From a virus, in the IMG/VR virus record IMGVR_UViG_3300012936_000001, positions 32,001-96,000 of that record: DNA of 64,000 nucleotides. The stretch is one strand, 5' to 3'. This document shows, one piece after another, positions 59,430 to 64,000 of the stretch. A program made the translations under genes and the position numbers. The stretch's first letter is position 1, and the number at the start of each line of letters is the position of its first letter. Under the pieces are notes generated by a model. The model was not told where the DNA came from, did not search any database, and saw only the letters and a list, made by a program, of their open reading frames with translations.

Positions 59430-62400
59430 TGAGCAGGGAAACAAATCTCGAGTTAGCAATTGCCGATCTTGGCAGATTATTAGGTGTTCGAACTCAACAC
59501 GATCTTATGAGAGTGCTTTTTAGGAAAGCTACAGATAAAAATTTTTCCGATGAACAGATTGCCTTAGAACAATTTGATTCAAAGTCAGAAGATACTGAAC
59601 TCACAAAAATTATATCTGCGTTAATAAATATAACTGACGGAGGCATGTTAATAAGTGATTTTCAAGAGGTGTGGTCGTCTTTTCTTAGTAAAGCAGAACC
59701 GGAAGATGCAGAAAAATACGTCGACTCACAAATGATCCCTTTTACAATTCTTTCAAATGGAAAAAACATCCAGAATGTTAGCGAAATTAGCCCAAAAGAA
59801 ATGTCCATATTTTCTAATTTGGAAGCATCGTCCACGCCCGAAAAGTGGAATCCATCATTTGGCTCTGTGCAGTTTCACAATGTTGCTCTTAATTTTTCAA
59901 ATAGGTATTCCTCCGCGGCTACTGTTTTTCTCAGCGCTATTCCAACGGTTGAATTATCTAGATGTGTTCCTTATCTAGACGTTAAGTTAATAACAAACAC
60001 GAAAACAGTAGATGCAAGGGCCCAACAGCCCCCAGATGCTAATGCAATATCGTTATTTAGGTTTCTATACGGAAAAGAACCATTCAGGAACGAAGACTCT
60101 AGCAGTTTGATTAACATAAAATTAATAAACGAAAGACTAGAAACAGACAAATACGGACCGGACGGCGATCTCGTTGGCGGCGAAGATTCTGTTAAGACAA
60201 CTGTTGAAAGTACGGCTGCCGGAATGGAAATTTTCACATCGCCTCAAACTTTAGTGAACGGAGATGAAGCTTTTTATGACTTAGAACCAATTGATAGCAC
60301 CAATGCTGATGTTCATCTTAATAGAAAAACTCCTATTATAGATAAATTTAGGCCATTTATGACACTTAACAATTTTAGTTTAACCGTACAACCTACATTT
60401 GGCACATTGTCAACCAAGCAAGGGTCTATGAACATTACACTTCATGATCGATCTAGATTGGCAGAAATTTCTCAACTGACTTCACCTGGCGAATTTCAAA
60501 ACGTTGAGTTTCTTATAGAGTATGGCTGGTCACACCCGGATTCGGATTCTCCGTATGGAAAAATACTTAATGCTTTTCGAACTAGACAAAAATTTATTTC
60601 TATTGGATCTTCTTATTCTTTTAATCCTCAAGGAGAGGTTGCTATTGATATCAAATTGCTGACAAAGGGCTCTAATCAATTCAATTATGCATTAGTTACA
60701 GATGCAAAGATTCAGCCGTTGCTGGAGAAAATGAAAAATATTATTCAGATTATGAACAAGTTAGAAAAAGGAGTAAAATCAGAATACGAATCAGAACTGA
60801 AAGATATTATGAACGGAGGGGAAATCCTGGGCAAACTAAATAGTATCGAAGGAATGGTTTCACTGTCCGCAAAACAAATAAGTAGTTTGGAAAAATCTAT
60901 TCTAAAACTAGACAAGGAAATTAATAATGCAAACCTAGATTCTCTGATAAAAGACCTCAAAGATTCAGTAGGGCTTGGGGATAAATCTGAACCATCAACC
61001 ATTAAGAGGTATAAATCAGAACTTGAGAGGTCTATATCGGAATTGATGAAAGATATTGAGAATCAACCTGATCCGTATTTAAAAGCCATTGATCCAAGTC
61101 TTGGTATCGTGAACACCAAAACTGTTAATAAGGTTGTTGGCTATGAGGAAGTTGAAAATCCAGAGTGGACAAAATCTCAAAAAGTCCCGGGCATGGAAGG
61201 AAAAAAACGTGTAGGTCCCAGGAAAATAGTGGACATACCCAAATATATAAAAAAAGCAAAAAGAGAAAAACAGACGATAGTCTTGTCGTCAAAATACGTT
61301 TCCCTTGGAAAATTGCTTTATCTCTTTGTTGCTTCACCACTAGCTTCGAAGCACCTTTATGACGAAATACAATTTTTATTTTATCCACTAAACGCTTATG
61401 CATCGTTTGCAAGAAATGCAGATGTTGCCTCATTTCCTATATTGAAATCAAAATTTCAGGAACTTTTTCGAAAAAGGCTGGAAAGGAACCCAACTATAAC
61501 CTTGGGTCAATTTGTCGGCTTTATTAACAAATACTTTTTTTCTAATTTAGCTTCAGAAGTATTCGGCTTTGGAAATATTTATGAAAGAGATCAAAAAACG
61601 GCCGCTGCCAAACTACGCGCAAAATTTAAATCGAAAAAAGCAAAAAGAAAGGCGATTGATACTAAAACAGATATTTTGACAAAAGCCTACGGAGGCACAG
61701 GGCAAAAACCAAAATTCAAGAAGCCGGCTCTTTCTCTTCATATGGAATGTGTTCCTGCTTCTGGAGATTCAGAACGAACAATCATGAGGATTCATTTCTT
61801 TGACAAAAGTACATCGTCCTTTGAATCTTATGCGGATCTTTGGAACTCGACAAAATCGAGTTACCTATCGGGAGTTCAGACTACAATCTCTAATTCAGTA
61901 AAAAACCTTAAAAATATAGTGGAATCGGAAGATAAAAAAAATGCCGGTAACGCATCAATGGCTATTTCTGGCCATGAGCAGTTGATGCAAAGCCAACTAT
62001 CTAAGTTAGACGCCCTAGGACTGTTTGTTCCTATCGACGACCAAGGTAAAGTCGCACAATCAGATAGTGACCTAATAGGTTCAACAACACTCACGACTTC
62101 AAAAGTTAAATACTATCGTCTTAGAGGAGGCCCACTGGGATTGAGGCATTATTTTGCAAGAAACATGCCTACTATAAAATACGGAACAGAGTATTCAGCA
62201 ATACTTAATGCAAGTGTATCGACCCAGTCCGATCCCGCGATGCAGATGGTTCATATGGAAAGGCAGGGAAGAAAAGAAAACCTCCCGGGTTCCGAAGTTA
62301 ATGACGGATTGCCTCTCGTTACTTTTCCTATAAGCCTTTCTTTGGAGATGTTTGGTTGTCCTCTGATAAACTTTGGCCAACAGTATTTTGTTGATTTCCA

Positions 62401-62590
62401 AACAGGAACGACTATCGACGATATATATCGAGTCAACGGCGTAGAACATTCGTTTTCCCCCAATGACTTTAAGACACAGGTTCAAATGATTCCTGTGAGT
62501 CGGTCAGGAGAGTTCGTGTCCACCCAGTCTCAAATTACGCAAGCTATTAAGGAACTCGAGGATATAAAGCAAAAGTATAGCGATGAATAA
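59426..62590 (+). CDS. Putative baseplate hub protein (gp27/gpD-like, enlarged)
   Basis: Follows the LysM gene. FLIEYGWSHP and C-terminal LEMFGCP...GQQYFVDF.TGT..DDIY.V.GVEHSF...F.T resemble hub proteins. Confidence 0.6.
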   Translation: MMSRETNLELAIADLGRLLGVRTQHDLMRVLFRKATDKNFSDEQIALEQFDSKSEDTELTKIISALINITDGGMLISDFQEVWSSFLSKAEPEDAEKYVDSQMIPFTILSNGKNIQNVSEISPKEMSIFSNLEASSTPEKWNPSFGSVQFHNVALNFSNRYSSAATVFLSAIPTVELSRCVPYLDVKLITNTKTVDARAQQPPDANAISLFRFLYGKEPFRNEDSSSLINIKLINERLETDKYGPDGDLVGGEDSVKTTVESTAAGMEIFTSPQTLVNGDEAFYDLEPIDSTNADVHLNRKTPIIDKFRPFMTLNNFSLTVQPTFGTLSTKQGSMNITLHDRSRLAEISQLTSPGEFQNVEFLIEYGWSHPDSDSPYGKILNAFRTRQKFISIGSSYSFNPQGEVAIDIKLLTKGSNQFNYALVTDAKIQPLLEKMKNIIQIMNKLEKGVKSEYESELKDIMNGGEILGKLNSIEGMVSLSAKQISSLEKSILKLDKEINNANLDSLIKDLKDSVGLGDKSEPSTIKRYKSELERSISELMKDIENQPDPYLKAIDPSLGIVNTKTVNKVVGYEEVENPEWTKSQKVPGMEGKKRVGPRKIVDIPKYIKKAKREKQTIVLSSKYVSLGKLLYLFVASPLASKHLYDEIQFLFYPLNAYASFARNADVASFPILKSKFQELFRKRLERNPTITLGQFVGFINKYFFSNLASEVFGFGNIYERDQKTAAAKLRAKFKSKKAKRKAIDTKTDILTKAYGGTGQKPKFKKPALSLHMECVPASGDSERTIMRIHFFDKSTSSFESYADLWNSTKSSYLSGVQTTISNSVKNLKNIVESEDKKNAGNASMAISGHEQLMQSQLSKLDALGLFVPIDDQGKVAQSDSDLIGSTTLTTSKVKYYRLRGGPLGLRHYFARNMPTIKYGTEYSAILNASVSTQSDPAMQMVHMERQGRKENLPGSEVNDGLPLVTFPISLSLEMFGCPLINFGQQYFVDFQTGTTIDDIYRVNGVEHSFSPNDFKTQVQMIPVSRSGEFVSTQSQITQAIKELEDIKQKYSDE

Positions 62591-62626
62591 AATATAAAAT
62601 TGCGTTTTGCTTGTTACTATAGGTTC

Positions 62627-63667
62627 ATGATATCTATCTCAAAAAAAATTATTGGATCTGAACAGGACCTAGTATACGACAATGGCTTTAAATGGGGAAC
62701 CATCGAAGAGAATGATCTCTTAATTGGTCCCGGCAAATATTCTATTAGCCCGCTTCTAAGAATCTTTCAGGCTCCTGATTATTCTTTTATCGATAAAAAA
62801 TATATTACAATGGCCAAAGCTATGGGGCTATCCGATCCTAAATTTTACAAGATTATCGGTAAAAATCATATAAAAAATATAAGAAATACTTTAGAATTAC
62901 TTACTCCTACGATAAAAAAGATTCAAGAGTCTAGATATCTTAATGTGTATAAGAGAACCCAGGATTTTTTGTACTCTTTCGAAAAAGTAAAGGCTGACAG
63001 AACCAGATTCGCGTCACTTAAGGCAATGGGAACTAGATATGATGGCATTTCCTTTCGAGATGGCTACATTCATCCTCCACGATACCATCGTGATCGAACA
63101 AAGACAGGCAGATTGACAGTATCTTCAGGAATTCCTATACTTACGATGAAAAAAGAACACAGAAATGTAATGGAGGCTAAGCAGATAGACTACTCTTCTA
63201 TGGAACCTAGGTTCTTGTTGGCTTTGTCTGGCAAAAAAGTAGAAGGAGACCTTTACCAATGGGTCGCCGACCAATTAGACATAAAGAAAGATCGATCCTA
63301 TGCAAAGATAGCTGTTATATCGTCTATGTATGGCTCAAAAGTAGTGCCAGAAGTTACAGAACTATTTGGTCTTGATATATGGATACAGAAACTAGAAGAA
63401 TGCGTTACGGATGGAATTATAGAATCTTACTGGGGCAGACCTATAGTCGTTGGTGAATCAAAAGGGCATAAGCTTTTGGCACTATGGTTGCAGTCTACAG
63501 CTGCAGATGCAGCGCTTCTCGGATTCGCTAATTTATTTGAAGAAAGAAAAGATCTAATTCCTCATTGCGTTATTCATGATGCGTGCATATTTAATGGTAA
63601 CAATGTTCCAAAATATATTAATATAAATGAGAACATCAAGATGCCAATAGATTGCACGGAGCTATGA
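62627..63667 (+). CDS. Miniature family-A DNA polymerase (polymerase core only)
   Basis: TKTGRL, motif A IDYSSMEPR, motif B RSYAKIAVISSMYG, LQSTAAD, motif C VIHDA. No exonuclease domains; about 346 aa. Confidence 0.75.
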   Translation: MISISKKIIGSEQDLVYDNGFKWGTIEENDLLIGPGKYSISPLLRIFQAPDYSFIDKKYITMAKAMGLSDPKFYKIIGKNHIKNIRNTLELLTPTIKKIQESRYLNVYKRTQDFLYSFEKVKADRTRFASLKAMGTRYDGISFRDGYIHPPRYHRDRTKTGRLTVSSGIPILTMKKEHRNVMEAKQIDYSSMEPRFLLALSGKKVEGDLYQWVADQLDIKKDRSYAKIAVISSMYGSKVVPEVTELFGLDIWIQKLEECVTDGIIESYWGRPIVVGESKGHKLLALWLQSTAADAALLGFANLFEERKDLIPHCVIHDACIFNGNNVPKYININENIKMPIDCTEL

Positions 63668-64000
63668 ATGAAATCATTGTGGGAACACATATTACTTGAA
63701 CAGGAAAAACAAGAAAAGACCTATCCGACGTATACAGCAAAGCCAGAATCGATTTGGCGAGGCATTAGATATAATTCTATAGACGGCGCCGTGGTTCAAA
63801 GAGAGCGATGTAACACTGATCCAGATGGGTTATTGAACGACCTTAAGGTTTCTGCAGGACAGAATAAAGAAGCGCTCAGCGAAACCGAAGTAATAGAGGA
63901 CTTGTACAAGATATATAATCAAGCAAATGAAAACAGCGTTTTATCAGACGTTGTTTTATCAACAGAACTTGTGCAAAATTCTTCTGGCACCAGAAAGGGA
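63668..64000 (+). CDS. Hypothetical protein, 3'-truncated, with MKSLWEHILLE leader
   Basis: ATG directly follows the TGA of the pol gene. Frame is open to the window end. Confidence 0.5.
   Translation, partial: MKSLWEHILLEQEKQEKTYPTYTAKPESIWRGIRYNSIDGAVVQRERCNTDPDGLLNDLKVSAGQNKEALSETEVIEDLYKIYNQANENSVLSDVVLSTELVQNSSGTRKG

Noticed and set aside
41247-62590. Bacterial extracellular contractile injection system or tailocin (multiple sheaths, tube, LysM, hub)
   Set aside because: The region is contiguous with terminase, portal, protease, capsid and neck genes, so it is a phage tail.
1-64000. Stop-codon reassignment, as seen in some large phages
   Set aside because: Core genes are intact in code 11. 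TAG and TGA both end genes at expected positions and are followed closely by the next RBS or start.
1-64000. CRISPR array, tRNAs, introns/inteins, diversity-generating retroelement
   Set aside because: I saw no spaced repeats, cloverleafs or reverse transcriptase. Terminase, primase, portal and MCP are uninterrupted. A covariance-model scan was not possible.

Overview
This window is 64 kb of a large lytic myovirus with a T4-like head module and a contractile tail. It is AT-rich, uses the standard genetic code, and all credible genes lie on the + strand. In order it contains: putative fibre/baseplate-periphery genes (1-19.0 kb, first gene 5'-truncated); RuvC, primase and a single-chain Mre11-Rad50 (SbcD-SbcC) fusion (19.0-25.0 kb); terminase, portal, prohead protease, a ribosomal protein bS21 homologue, scaffold and major capsid (25.6-36.9 kb); neck and tail-terminator genes, two tandem tail-sheath paralogues, tail tube, a gp26-like/gp51-like pair, tape measure and baseplate genes (38.2-62.6 kb); and a miniature family-A DNA polymerase. 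I saw no tRNA, rRNA, CRISPR array, integrase or transposase. The main signals beyond the gene list are five. (1) A shared N-terminal 'MK..basic..(I/L)xE' leader on unrelated proteins, including GNAT-like and BECR-RNase-like ones, suggests a capsid-targeting, protease-released cargo system. (2) There are two promoter classes: about 19 copies of ATANTTA before virion genes, and TGTAAA-N16-TATAAT before replication genes. (3) A probable +1 frameshift at T7 joins the two tail-chaperone ORFs. (4) An [S/T]GS tripeptide is common in surface virion proteins and was not found in the enzymes or internal proteins checked. (5) A tail-collar-like domain appears to be split over separate genes. All functional calls come from motif recognition by eye and gene order; no database searches were run.
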